A DNA stretch of 64,000 nucleotides from Clostridia bacterium (GTDB lineage Bacteria; Bacillota; Clostridia; Oscillospirales; Acutalibacteraceae). The DNA is taken from assembly GCA_017936615.1 (NCBI GenBank), contig JAGBFF010000044.1, positions 8,609 to 72,608 of the forward strand, written 5' to 3'. Under the pieces are notes generated by a model. The model searched no databases and was not told the origin of the DNA. It worked only from the letters and a program-made list of their open reading frames with translations. The position numbers and the translations under genes were made by a program. Shown in pieces: positions 10,127 to 20,458 of the stretch (positions are counted from its first letter, which is position 1; each line of letters opens with the position of its first letter).

Positions 10127-11398
10127 ATGATGACGGAGAAGAAAAAAGAGCATATTAAGTGGCTTCAGCTGTTGCCGTGCATTGTGTGCATCAGTTGGCT
10201 GAATCACGGCTTGTTTGCGCAGTTCGGCATTGTTAATTTTGCTGTGTTTTTCTGCTGCTTTGGGCTGTGGTTTATATTGGGACTTTCCGACCGCTACTTT
10301 GTTTCCCGTTATCTTCGGGAAAACGTGTGGCTGCTTGGGTATGTGGCAATGGTGCTGCTGTTTTCTGTGCTGTTGGACGAGTTTTGGAACAAGTATTCCT
10401 ATACCGCTTTTTACTTACTGATCATGTTGATGTTTTCAACGTATTATCGTGCGGATCGTTATCGGCAGGAGAGAAAAATCCTTTGGTATTATTATTTGAT
10501 TGAGATTACGGTCATAGCAATCGTCACAGCGTACACCTGTGTCAACGATCCGTATTTGGCACGTACGCTGGCCGGTGGCGTGGAGCTCGAAGAAGGGCAA
10601 TCGTCATTGTTCGTTGCTTCGTTTGATAATATTTATACCTTTGCGCTGGTTGTCATTTTTGCTGTTGCCGTCAGAGGAAAATTGCTCAGCAAGAAGCTGT
10701 GGATAGTCAGCGTAGCCATGTTGATTATCTGCATATATTTTGCGAACTTTGGCACCGCTGTTTTTATCAGTGTCTTATTTTTGGCGTTGATGTTCCTGGT
10801 AAAGAAGCCGTGGAAGATCCTGCTGTGTGTTGTGATAGTTGTGCTCCTGTTTTCGAGTTTGCGGCAGTCTATTGCCGATTTCTCGACGATGCTGTCGAAT
10901 CAGACATGGCTGTCTGATTTTTTGCGTGGTAAGCTGATGGATATTGCGAACACCTTAAACGGGGTGCACGCCTACCAGGATGCTAATACGTTGTATATGC
11001 GCTTAGAATACATCGAGGATGCGTTGACCGTATTTGGAAAGCATCCGTTATTTGGTGTTTACGGTTTCACGGAGCTTTATACCACGGAACGCGTGCTGTT
11101 GCGAGATCATAACGTGTGGTTCGATATGATTGCCTATTTTGGCGTGATTCGTATCATCCCGTTTATCGGCTTCTTGCATTCCTGGTATACGAACAATAAA
11201 CCCCTCTTTAAGCAGTTTAAGTACTCGCCGCTGGCATACGTGCTCCTTTTATGGGTGATTTTGGGCTTTTTCAATCCGGTGAACAAACCGGCAGTACAAG
11301 TGTTCTTGTTTGTGATGCTTCCATTGTCCGACGTGTTGTTTAGGGAAGAGGAAAACGCTGCTCCGGAAGGCGCTTTGCCATGCCGTTCCGGTGTGTAA
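10127..11398 (+). CDS. wzy: O-antigen polymerase/ligase-like polytopic membrane protein (Wzy candidate)
   Basis: About 10-12 hydrophobic helices with a large loop, AT-richer than its neighbours. ATG 10127 was chosen because the track ORF start at 10037 lies inside the previous gene. Confidence 0.6.
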   Translation: MMTEKKKEHIKWLQLLPCIVCISWLNHGLFAQFGIVNFAVFFCCFGLWFILGLSDRYFVSRYLRENVWLLGYVAMVLLFSVLLDEFWNKYSYTAFYLLIMLMFSTYYRADRYRQERKILWYYYLIEITVIAIVTAYTCVNDPYLARTLAGGVELEEGQSSLFVASFDNIYTFALVVIFAVAVRGKLLSKKLWIVSVAMLIICIYFANFGTAVFISVLFLALMFLVKKPWKILLCVVIVVLLFSSLRQSIADFSTMLSNQTWLSDFLRGKLMDIANTLNGVHAYQDANTLYMRLEYIEDALTVFGKHPLFGVYGFTELYTTERVLLRDHNVWFDMIAYFGVIRIIPFIGFLHSWYTNNKPLFKQFKYSPLAYVLLLWVILGFFNPVNKPAVQVFLFVMLPLSDVLFREEENAAPEGALPCRSGV

Positions 11399-11408
11399 TG
11401 GAGGATAT

Positions 11409-12569
11409 ATGAAGAAGGTTGTTGTATTCCACCACGTTTCCAATTTGGGAGGCGGAACCATCAGTTTGGTGGACGTATGCCAAATGCTGGCATCCTCCTA
11501 TGAGGTGGTTGCGGTGATCCCTCGGAAGAATTCCGAACAGCTCACCGAACGTTTGCAACCGTTTGCTCGTGTGAAGCATTTTGAAGGCGTGATGCCGCAG
11601 ATAGCGTATTATAGCGGTTCTCAGGCGTTGATTTCTCGTAGCTTTTTCTCGTCCTTCTGCGTTCCAGCAGATGCCGTTCGAGAGATCGTAGACAGTATCG
11701 CCGAGGAGGATCCTGATATCATTCTGGCAAACTCGATGGTTCAGTGCCGTATGGGAAAGTATTTGAAGCGTCTGCGTGCCAAGAAGCTGATCTACGTGCG
11801 TGAGACGTTTCGCGAGGGTCTCGTTTCTCGGTATATGATTCGATTGATCAATCGGTATTTTGACGGCGTTTTATGCATTTCACCGTACGAAAAAGACTAC
11901 GCTCGCTTCGCCTTGCCGTGCGAGGTGATCACGGATTGCTACGTGCCTACCGCTGAAACGAGTCCGTCGCAGGATCAATCGCATTTCACCGTGCTGTTCT
12001 TGGGCGGTGATGCACGGATCAAGGGCTTGGATATTTTGCTGCGCTCCATCGAACACGTCCAATGCGCCGACGTTCGATATGCGGTGTGCGGACATATCGG
12101 AAGCTTTGCCGGTACTTGGAAAAATCGGCTGTTGCACCCGTTCGAGATGCGTCGTCTCAAACGGATACAAACGTTGCTGGCACGTCATCGGGATAAGGTG
12201 ACGCTGCACGGTTTCGTTTCCAATACGGCGCAGATGATCGTGGACAGCGACGTGATCGTGTTTCCGTCCACCGTGCCGCATCAGGCGCGCCCGGCGCTGG
12301 AAGCGGGCGAATTCAGCCGTCCGGTGATCCTTTCCGATTTTCCGCAGACGGCCGCCTTCATGAGGCACGAGCACAATTGCCTGACATTTCGTCCCAACGA
12401 TCCGAGGGCGCTGGCTCGGGCAATCGATCGGTTAGCGGACGATCCGTCGTTGGCGAAGACGTTGGGTGAAAACAATCGTCGTGTCAACAGGGAGTGTCAC
12501 GACTTTTTGCGAGAACGAGAGCGGTTTATGCAATTTATATCTCGAGTTTTGGAGGGTGAGACGCAATGA
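11409..12569 (+). CDS. glycosyltransferase, GT4 family
   Basis: RBS ggagga before ATG 11409. FPSTVPHQARPALEAGEFSRPVILSD motif. Confidence 0.8.
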   Translation: MKKVVVFHHVSNLGGGTISLVDVCQMLASSYEVVAVIPRKNSEQLTERLQPFARVKHFEGVMPQIAYYSGSQALISRSFFSSFCVPADAVREIVDSIAEEDPDIILANSMVQCRMGKYLKRLRAKKLIYVRETFREGLVSRYMIRLINRYFDGVLCISPYEKDYARFALPCEVITDCYVPTAETSPSQDQSHFTVLFLGGDARIKGLDILLRSIEHVQCADVRYAVCGHIGSFAGTWKNRLLHPFEMRRLKRIQTLLARHRDKVTLHGFVSNTAQMIVDSDVIVFPSTVPHQARPALEAGEFSRPVILSDFPQTAAFMRHEHNCLTFRPNDPRALARAIDRLADDPSLAKTLGENNRRVNRECHDFLRERERFMQFISRVLEGETQ

Positions 12570-13753
12570 GCAACGTGGTGTTATACGGTCACGGCAGTTC
12601 CTTGAATCATGGCTGTGAGGCGATTGTGAAAACAACAGAGGCTATGGTGCGCCGTGCTGTTCAAGATGCGGATGTCTACCTTTCGACGCTGGATGCAGAC
12701 AATGATCGCAAGGCGTTTCCGTTTATTGATCATTTTATTGAAAACCGAAGCGTGCCGAACAATCTGTTTTTTAATGTGGCTTTGTATTTTGGTGCCAAGT
12801 TCTTTCCGTCCCGTGATTTGGGAAATGCATACCGCTACAAGGAGTTTTACCGCCGGATAAAAACCTTTTCGCCGGATACGCTGTGGATCTCCGTTGGCGG
12901 CGACAACTACTGTGCGGCTGCACCGCGGTGGTTGTACCGTCAGAATGAGGCAATTGACCGTAGCGGCGCACGGAGAATACTGTGGGGTGCTTCGGTGGAA
13001 CCGGAAACGACCGGTAGTGAGATGATGGCGGATCTGAATGGGTATCAAGCCATTTTTGTGCGCGAATCTATCACGCGGGACAGCTTAATCGAAAAAGGGT
13101 ATACCGGCAACCTGCTGTACCACGCCGATCCCGCTTTCACATTACCGGTATCTACCGTACGGGTGCCGGATTCGATGAAATCCGGTGATTGGATCGGTGT
13201 AAACCTGAGTCCGGTCGTGATGCGCAGTGAAACCGTTGGCGGTGTCACGTACCAGAATTATCGTTCTTTGCTGGAGTATATTATCAAGGAAACCTCATAC
13301 AACGTAGCGTTGATTCCTCATGTGGTGTTGCCGGAAAACAGTGACTATCAAGCGATGTCGCAGTTATATGCCGAGTTCAAGGATACCGGAAGGATCCTTC
13401 AAATACCGGATACCTATACGGCTTCGGAGTACAAAGGGATCATTTCGTCGTGCAAGCTGTTTGTCGGGGCCAGGACGCACGCCACTATTGCGGCGTACTC
13501 CACCTGTGTGCCGACATTGGTGATTGGATATTCGGTGAAGGCCAAGGGAATTGCCAAGGATCTGTTTGGCTCCTATACCGGTTATGTGCTGCCGGTGCAG
13601 GAATTGGATGAAGTAGACCGTTTGACCGGAGCTTTTGTGAATGCGATGGATCGTGCAGAGAGCGACCGACAACGTTTGCAAGCGGTAATCCCGGGGTTTG
13701 TGGAGAGTTCCCTGTCGGCTGCTGATGATCTGAAAAAGGAGTATGAGCGATGA
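12566..13753 (+). CDS. polysaccharide pyruvyl transferase family protein
   Basis: GHGSSLNHGCEAI N-terminus and GARTHATIAA region are typical of CsaB/WcaK-type pyruvyl transferases. ATGA overlaps at both ends. Confidence 0.8.
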   Translation: MSNVVLYGHGSSLNHGCEAIVKTTEAMVRRAVQDADVYLSTLDADNDRKAFPFIDHFIENRSVPNNLFFNVALYFGAKFFPSRDLGNAYRYKEFYRRIKTFSPDTLWISVGGDNYCAAAPRWLYRQNEAIDRSGARRILWGASVEPETTGSEMMADLNGYQAIFVRESITRDSLIEKGYTGNLLYHADPAFTLPVSTVRVPDSMKSGDWIGVNLSPVVMRSETVGGVTYQNYRSLLEYIIKETSYNVALIPHVVLPENSDYQAMSQLYAEFKDTGRILQIPDTYTASEYKGIISSCKLFVGARTHATIAAYSTCVPTLVIGYSVKAKGIAKDLFGSYTGYVLPVQELDEVDRLTGAFVNAMDRAESDRQRLQAVIPGFVESSLSAADDLKKEYER

Positions 13754-14892
13754 TTGATCAGGTGCCGAGCGCATTATGCAGCGGATGCCGAGCTTGTGAG
13801 GCGGTTTGTCCGCATAAAGCGATCGACTTCGTTGAGGGAGAGGATCGGTTTTTGTATCCTCAAGCAGGGAAAGGATGCGTTTCCTGCGGCCTGTGCCTGG
13901 CAGTGTGTCCCGTTATGAACGAAACTGTCCGGGTCGATCGTGAATCCATTCAGCTGACAGCCGCACAAAATCACAATGCAGCGATTTTAGAGAAAAGCTC
14001 GTCCGGCGGCGTGTTTTTTGAACTTGCCAGGATGGTTGTGGAAGGCGGCGGCGTGGTTTTTGGTGCGGCTTGGGACAAAGACTTCCGTTTGAAGCATCAG
14101 GCGGTGTCGGACGTGAGTGCTCTTTCTGCTTTGATGGGAAGTAAATATGTGCAAAGCGATACGGCGGGCTGTTATCCGCACGTCAAGAGTGTTTTGGATG
14201 ATGGTCGGGATGTGTTGTTTTCCGGAACGCCGTGTCAAGTGCGCGGCTTACTCGCTTTTTTGCGAAAGGATTACGCAAACCTGTATACCGTTGATGTCGT
14301 ATGCCATGGGGTTCCGTCGCAGGACTCGTTTGATCGATATATTGCTGCGTGCCGAAAAAAAGTGGGTTCGGCTTTGACGAAAATTGATTTCCGAAGCAAA
14401 AGCAGTGGTTGGCGCAATTTCTCGGTTCGTTTGGAATTTGAAAATGGCACCGTCATGGAGAATACCGTTCGTGACGATCTGTTTATGAGAGCCTTCCTGA
14501 AAAACTTAACACTTCGCCGTTCGTGTTATCAGTGTCGAGCAAACGATTATCGCAGCGGAAGTGATATTACTCTGGGCGACTTCTGGAACATCGAAAAAAT
14601 CGGGAACGGCTATTCCGATGATCGGGGCGTATCGGGCGTTATGCTGAAAACGGAAAAGGGAAAGCGCCTGTTTTCCCGCTTGTACAGTAATTTCATTCTG
14701 GAAACGCATCCGCTCAGTGATTTTGTAAAGTATAACGTCGTGGTCGAAACCTCGGTGAAGCAGCCCGAAAAGCGGGAGACCTATCTCCGCTTGCTAGCGA
14801 GCAAATCATTTGAGCGGCTGGACGGTCGATTCGTTTGTTCCTCCCGTAAAGAAGCACTGAAAAGGCGTATCAAGAAAATCATAAGAAGGTAA
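13750..14892 (+). CDS. FrhB-like (coenzyme F420 hydrogenase/dehydrogenase beta-subunit family) Fe-S protein
   Basis: Two ferredoxin motifs (CSGCRACEAVCP, CVSCGLCLAVCP) followed by an FrhB-type domain (VDVVCHGVPS). Confidence 0.75.
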   Translation: MIDQVPSALCSGCRACEAVCPHKAIDFVEGEDRFLYPQAGKGCVSCGLCLAVCPVMNETVRVDRESIQLTAAQNHNAAILEKSSSGGVFFELARMVVEGGGVVFGAAWDKDFRLKHQAVSDVSALSALMGSKYVQSDTAGCYPHVKSVLDDGRDVLFSGTPCQVRGLLAFLRKDYANLYTVDVVCHGVPSQDSFDRYIAACRKKVGSALTKIDFRSKSSGWRNFSVRLEFENGTVMENTVRDDLFMRAFLKNLTLRRSCYQCRANDYRSGSDITLGDFWNIEKIGNGYSDDRGVSGVMLKTEKGKRLFSRLYSNFILETHPLSDFVKYNVVVETSVKQPEKRETYLRLLASKSFERLDGRFVCSSRKEALKRRIKKIIRR

Positions 14893-14900
14893 GATGCAGA

Positions 14901-15866
14901 ATGACACCTATTGTATTGTTTGCATATAATCGTCCTGATCATCTAAAAAAGACGGTAGAAGCTTTGAAGGCGAACAAAGAAGCGAAGGAAAGTATTTTAT
15001 ATATTTTTTCGGACGGTCCCCGTATAAAAAAAGCGCCTGCTGATGCAAGTGCGGAGCTGATACGGCAAACGGACGAGAAAAACGAAAAAACACGACAGGC
15101 CGTGGAAGAAACACGGCAATATATACGCGCGGTGGCGGATGAATCGTTTTTTCGGGAGGTTATTGTAACCGAGGCTCCCGAAAACAAAGGATTGGCAACC
15201 TCCATTATCACCGGCGTCGATTGGGTGATCAACAGACACGGGCGGGTTATCGTCATCGAGGACGATGCCGTTTGTGCGCCGGGTTTCCTTCGCTTTATGA
15301 ACGATGCGCTGGATTTTTACGAGTCATATGACCGTAAGATTTGGATGATCGGTGGATATTGCCCGAAGTTGGATATACCGCAGGACTATGCGTATGATTT
15401 TTATGTCATGGGACGCGGCTCCAGCTTTGCATGGGCCACGTGGAAGGATCGTTGGCAGAAAATCGATTGGACGGTTGCGAGTTACCGGGATTTTCGAAAC
15501 AATCACCGTCTGAGAAGAGCGTTTAACCGGTATGGCGATGATCGTGCCAATATGCTGGATGCGCAGATGTTAGGGAAAATCGACTCCTGGGCCGTTCGAT
15601 TTGCCTATGAAATGTTTAGAAACGGTATGTATGCGGTTCTTCCCACGCGTTCGCTGATCCAAACAATCGGCCGCGATGGTACGGGCACGCATGCGACACA
15701 AGTGTCACACGACTTTGACGTCGAATTGGGAGAAGCGCCGCAAAATATAGCGTTTGCGGACGTTGACCCGGACGAGAGAATTGTCAAACAGCATACAGCC
15801 TATTTTAAACGGTCAAAGGCGTATTTGTTTAGGCAATATGTTAAGAATTGTTTATTGAAAAAATGA
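14901..15866 (+). CDS. GT-A fold glycosyltransferase (GNT-I/GT2-like)
   Basis: IVLFAYNRPDHLKKT N-terminus, VIEDD (DXD) motif. AT-rich gene. Confidence 0.6.
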   Translation: MTPIVLFAYNRPDHLKKTVEALKANKEAKESILYIFSDGPRIKKAPADASAELIRQTDEKNEKTRQAVEETRQYIRAVADESFFREVIVTEAPENKGLATSIITGVDWVINRHGRVIVIEDDAVCAPGFLRFMNDALDFYESYDRKIWMIGGYCPKLDIPQDYAYDFYVMGRGSSFAWATWKDRWQKIDWTVASYRDFRNNHRLRRAFNRYGDDRANMLDAQMLGKIDSWAVRFAYEMFRNGMYAVLPTRSLIQTIGRDGTGTHATQVSHDFDVELGEAPQNIAFADVDPDERIVKQHTAYFKRSKAYLFRQYVKNCLLKK

Positions 15867-15907
15867 GCCTGAAAGAAACAAACGGTATGTTGAAGGGATA
15901 GTATAAC

Positions 15908-17434
15908 GTGAAAAACAAGCGATTAGCGTCCAATATGATAGCCAATCTGGTGGCTTTTGCTGTCAATATGTTGGTTAGTTTTTTTCTGTCTCCGTATATT
16001 GTGGGGAACTTGGGAAGCGAAGCCTATGGGTTTGTTTCGCTGATCAACAATATGGTGTCTATGAGTCAAATTGTTACGATCGCATTTAATTCCATGGGCT
16101 CCCGATTTATTACTATAGCGATACATAAAGGTGAGGAGGAGAAAGCACAAAAGTATTTCTCGTCACTGTTTTATGCCAATGTATTTATGAGCGTTTTAAT
16201 CTTGCTTTTCTTTGCGAGTGTGGCGCTCAACGTAACTGCCATATTCGATGTGCCGTCACGGTTAGTTGGAGATGTTCGCCTTTCTTTTGTTGTGATGGCG
16301 ATTGCGTTTTCTCTTTCGCTGATATTTTCTGTGTATTCTGTATCAACGTATGCAACGAACCGACTGGATTTATCGGCATGGCGTGAGATGACTAAGCAAT
16401 TTGTTCGCGCCGGTGTAATTTTTTTGCTGTTTGCCTTGTTCACGGCGAACATTGTGTTTGTAGCGGTTGGTTCTCTCGTGATGGAAATATATTTTATGCT
16501 TGCCAATCACCGCTTGATGAGAAAATTGTTGCCGACATATCGTGTGAAACGTCGAAACTTTTCTTTCGCCGCACTTAAGGAGCTTACATTATCTGGTATT
16601 TGGAATTCGATTGGCCGTTTGAGTTATGTTTTGCTTAGCGACCTGGACCTGATGGTGGCGAATATTTTTATCAGCGCAACGGCGATGGGTGTGCTCTCAA
16701 TTTCCAAGACAATTCCGTCGGCAATCAATTCATTGGTAGTGACGATCGTTTCAATTTTCCTTCCCACACTTACGATACGGTATGCCAAATTGGATATTAA
16801 TGGTCTGCTACAAGAGATGCATAAGGCGATCAAAATTGTTGGTGTTTGTATTGCGCCGATTCTCTGTTTTCTGGTAGCATATGGCAAGGATTTCTATATG
16901 TTATGGCAACCAACCCAAGATGCAGAAGTACTGCAGGTGTTATCTATTCTGGCTATTTTGCCGGTGTATTTCACCTTGGGAATGAAATCGGTTAACAATA
17001 TTTTTTCCATTACCAATAGGCTGCTGCTCCCTACCATTGTCACGCTGATCACATCCGTGGTGACCATCTCGCTTGAGTTCGTTTTGCTGAAATATACATC
17101 CTTGGGTATATTTGCTATTGCGGCAACGAGCAGTGTATGTTTACTTATTAAGGAGATTTCTTTTATTCCTTTGTATGCGGCCAAGTGCTTGGGGGTTCGG
17201 TGGTACACGTTCTATCCGCAGTTGATGAAAGAAATTTTTGTAGTTGCTTTTTCCATTATCATTTCCTTGGCGCTCCATAGCGTTTTGTCGGCAACGTCGT
17301 GGCTTACGCTGATTCTGTATGGAGGATTATCAATGTTGATCGTTATGCTTTTCAACATTGTTGCCACCCTAAAAAAGCAAGATTATATAGCTATCTCGGG
17401 GAAAATTCGAAGAATTGTGAAGCGTGCTGAATAA
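15908..17434 (+). CDS. wzx: Wzx-type oligosaccharide flippase (MOP superfamily)
   Basis: 508 aa, about 14 hydrophobic helices, polysaccharide-biosynthesis-protein pattern. AT-rich. Confidence 0.8.
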   Translation: MKNKRLASNMIANLVAFAVNMLVSFFLSPYIVGNLGSEAYGFVSLINNMVSMSQIVTIAFNSMGSRFITIAIHKGEEEKAQKYFSSLFYANVFMSVLILLFFASVALNVTAIFDVPSRLVGDVRLSFVVMAIAFSLSLIFSVYSVSTYATNRLDLSAWREMTKQFVRAGVIFLLFALFTANIVFVAVGSLVMEIYFMLANHRLMRKLLPTYRVKRRNFSFAALKELTLSGIWNSIGRLSYVLLSDLDLMVANIFISATAMGVLSISKTIPSAINSLVVTIVSIFLPTLTIRYAKLDINGLLQEMHKAIKIVGVCIAPILCFLVAYGKDFYMLWQPTQDAEVLQVLSILAILPVYFTLGMKSVNNIFSITNRLLLPTIVTLITSVVTISLEFVLLKYTSLGIFAIAATSSVCLLIKEISFIPLYAAKCLGVRWYTFYPQLMKEIFVVAFSIIISLALHSVLSATSWLTLILYGGLSMLIVMLFNIVATLKKQDYIAISGKIRRIVKRAE

Positions 17435-17458
17435 GTGCTTCCGGGAGGATGTTTGTGT

Positions 17459-20440
17459 ATGACCAATCTGACATCGTTATTCTTATCACAATCGTATAGT
17501 GACACGTGGGACGACTATAACCGTTCGCTGACGAAGGCGGGCTTTGCCTGTTGGGATTACGTCGTGCTGACGGCATCCAATGAGCAGCAGGCGGCGGGCT
17601 TCCGTGCCCAGCTTGAGGAACGCCGTGCAGCAGGCTTTTTGCCGCCGAAGACGCAGTTCGCCGTGGTGCCCGACCGTGACGGCAAACGTGTCGGCAGCGG
17701 CGGCGCTACGCTGGGTGTGCTGCGCTATTTGGCGGAGCAGATCGGCAGTGACGATTTCAATGGCCTGCGTATTTTGGTCATCCATTCGGGTGGCGACAGC
17801 AAGCGTGTGCCGCAGTACAGCGCACTCGGCAAGCTGTTTTCGCCCGTGCCGCACGAGCTGCCGAACGGTAGAGCCTCCACCTTGTTTGACGAGCTGCTTA
17901 TCGTGATGAGCTCGGTACCCTCCCGCATCCGTGAGGGTATGCTGCTGCTGTCGGGTGACGTGCTGCTGCTGTTTAATCCGCTGCAGATCGACTACAACGG
18001 TATCGGTGCGGCGGCGCTGTCTTTCAAGGAGGACGTGCAGACCGGCAAGAACCACGGCGTGTTCCGTGGCGGTGAGGGCGGAAACGTCTGCGAATTTTTG
18101 CACAAGCAAACGGTGGAGTCGCTGACCGAGCGTGGCGCTGTCAATGAACAGGGCTGTGTGGATATTGACACCGGTGCGGTGGTGTTTTCGACAGATATGC
18201 TGCGCTCGCTGTATGGCCTGATTGCCACCGATGGGCAGTTGGATCCTGACAAATACGATGCGTTCGTCAACGAGACGGTGCGCTTGTCGCTGTACGGTGA
18301 TTTTCTGTATCCGTTGGCGACCGATTCCACGCTGGAGAAGTTTTACGACGAAAAGCCCGAGGGAGACTATTGCGAGGAACTTACCGCTGCCCGCACGGCG
18401 GTGTGGGAGGCACTGCGCCCCTACCGTATGAAGCTGCTGCGCTTGGCTCCGGCGAAGTTCGTGCATTTCGGCACGACACGGGAGATCTTGGCGCTGATGA
18501 GCGGCGGGGTGGACGGTTATCGTGACCTCGGCTGGAGCAAGCACATCAACAGCAGTATCAACCGTGAAACGGCGGGCTATTGCAGCATCCTGTCGGATCG
18601 CGCCACAGTTGGCAAGGGCGGCTATCTGGAGGTCTCGTACGTGCACAGTGGTGCTACGGTGGGAGATAACGTGCTGTTGTCGTACATTGATATTCACGAC
18701 GAGACCATCCCGTCGGATGTGGTGATGCACGGCCTGAAGCAGAAGGACGGCAAGTTCGTCGTGCGTATCTACGGCGTGACGGATAACCCGAAGGAAAGTA
18801 ACCTGTTCGGCAAGCCGCTGTCGGAGTTGGCGGCGGCGTACGGCGGCGCCGATGCGCTGTGGGAGACGGGCGAGGGCACGCTGTGGACGGCGGCACTGTA
18901 TCCCGTGTGCGACACGGTGCAGGAGGCGGTCACGGCGGCGCTGAATGTGTATGCCATCGCGCACGGAGAGGGCGACGTTGCTGCGTGGAAAGCGGCACAG
19001 CGCAAATCACTCTGCTCCGGCTTCAACGATGCCGATCCCGAGGCGATTATTGCGTGGGATAAGCGGATGCAGGAGTTGGTACGTATGGATGCGCTGGCGA
19101 AGTTCATCCGTGCCGGCAAGCCCGCCCGTGAGGCGAAGGGGCTGCTGAAGGCGGATCACCTGACCTCGATCCAGCGGCAGTGGCTGGACAAGCGGTTGGC
19201 GGGTGCCGATTTCAGCGAAGCGATGCGTCTGAATTACTATCTCGGCATAGCGCTCGGCGGTGCCGAGGGCGACGCCTACGTGGCAGAGTGTTTTAAGACC
19301 ATTCAGTCTACCATTTTGAAGGCGACGCTGGATAATTTGCAATTTAATGAGACCTGCCACATGGCAACCGACCGGCACACCGTGAGATTGCCGTTGCGCA
19401 TCAACTGGGGCGGTGGCTGGTCGGATACCCCGCCGTACTGCATTGAAAACGGCGGCACGGTGCTGAATGCGGCGATGCTGCTTGGCGGCGAAAAGCCGGT
19501 TGAGGTGACGCTGGAGCGTATTCCGGAGCACAAGATCGTGTTTGACAGTCGGGATATGGACGTGCACGGTGAGTTTGATACCATTGAGCCTTTGCAGCGC
19601 ACGGGCGACCCCTACGATCCGTTTGCACTTCAAAAGGCGTGCTTGCTCGCCTGCGGCATTCTGCCGAAGGAGGGCGGCGACCTTGATGCGATCCTGACCC
19701 GTCTCGGCGGCGGCTTTGTGATGCACAGCGAGGTCACCAACGTGCCGAAGGGCAGCGGTCTGGGCACCAGCTCGATCCTGTCGGCGGCGTGTGTCAAGGC
19801 CGTGTTTGAGTTTATGGATATTCCGCACACCGAGGACGATCTGTACGGCCATGTGCTTTGTATGGAGCAGATCATGTCGACCGGTGGCGGTTGGCAGGAT
19901 CAGGTCGGCGGCGTGACGGACGGCGTGAAATACATCACCAGCCGACCGGCGCTGTATCAGAAGATGAAGGTACAGCACATCGAGCTGTCCGAAGAAACCA
20001 AACGTGAGCTGGATGAGCGGTTCGTGCTGATCTATACCGGTCAGCGCCGCCTCGCACGCAACCTGCTGCGTGACGTGGTGGGACGCTACGTCGGCAACGA
20101 GCCGGATTCGCTGTATGCGCTGGACGAGATCCAGAAGATCGCCGTACTGATGCGGTTTGAACTGGAACGTGGCAATGTGGATGCGTTCGCCCGACTGCTC
20201 AACCGTCACTGGGAGTTGTCCAATATGGTGGACAGCGGCAGCACCAACACGCTGATTGACCAGATCTTCAGCAGTATCGAGGATCTGATCGACGGCAAGA
20301 TGATCTGCGGCGCCGGCGGCGGTGGTTTCCTGCAGGCGATCCTGAAGAAGGGTGTCAGCAAGGACGAGGTGCATAAGCGGCTGAAGGCCGTATTCCAGGA
20401 CAACCCCGTCGATGTATGGGATTGTGCGTTAGTGTGGTAA
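17459..20440 (+). CDS. fkp: bifunctional L-fucokinase / L-fucose-1-phosphate guanylyltransferase
   Basis: RBS gggagga 7 nt before ATG 17459. N-terminal half has KRVGSGGATLGVL and HSGGDSKRVP. C-terminal GHMP kinase has GGGWSDTPPY, PKGSGLGTSSILSAA, GGGWQDQ and CGAGGGGF. Co-linear with Bacteroides fragilis Fkp. Confidence 0.9.
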   Translation: MTNLTSLFLSQSYSDTWDDYNRSLTKAGFACWDYVVLTASNEQQAAGFRAQLEERRAAGFLPPKTQFAVVPDRDGKRVGSGGATLGVLRYLAEQIGSDDFNGLRILVIHSGGDSKRVPQYSALGKLFSPVPHELPNGRASTLFDELLIVMSSVPSRIREGMLLLSGDVLLLFNPLQIDYNGIGAAALSFKEDVQTGKNHGVFRGGEGGNVCEFLHKQTVESLTERGAVNEQGCVDIDTGAVVFSTDMLRSLYGLIATDGQLDPDKYDAFVNETVRLSLYGDFLYPLATDSTLEKFYDEKPEGDYCEELTAARTAVWEALRPYRMKLLRLAPAKFVHFGTTREILALMSGGVDGYRDLGWSKHINSSINRETAGYCSILSDRATVGKGGYLEVSYVHSGATVGDNVLLSYIDIHDETIPSDVVMHGLKQKDGKFVVRIYGVTDNPKESNLFGKPLSELAAAYGGADALWETGEGTLWTAALYPVCDTVQEAVTAALNVYAIAHGEGDVAAWKAAQRKSLCSGFNDADPEAIIAWDKRMQELVRMDALAKFIRAGKPAREAKGLLKADHLTSIQRQWLDKRLAGADFSEAMRLNYYLGIALGGAEGDAYVAECFKTIQSTILKATLDNLQFNETCHMATDRHTVRLPLRINWGGGWSDTPPYCIENGGTVLNAAMLLGGEKPVEVTLERIPEHKIVFDSRDMDVHGEFDTIEPLQRTGDPYDPFALQKACLLACGILPKEGGDLDAILTRLGGGFVMHSEVTNVPKGSGLGTSSILSAACVKAVFEFMDIPHTEDDLYGHVLCMEQIMSTGGGWQDQVGGVTDGVKYITSRPALYQKMKVQHIELSEETKRELDERFVLIYTGQRRLARNLLRDVVGRYVGNEPDSLYALDEIQKIAVLMRFELERGNVDAFARLLNRHWELSNMVDSGSTNTLIDQIFSSIEDLIDGKMICGAGGGGFLQAILKKGVSKDEVHKRLKAVFQDNPVDVWDCALVW

Positions 20441-20458
20441 ATTGGAACGAGTTGCCGA

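Noticed and set aside
17486-20374. Two very long minus-strand ORFs (492 and 455 aa) opposite fkp.
   Set aside because: They are mirror ORFs of a GC-rich coding strand. They are R/H/Q/G/A-rich low-complexity translations with no RBS and no recognisable motifs, while the plus-strand product is unmistakably Fkp.
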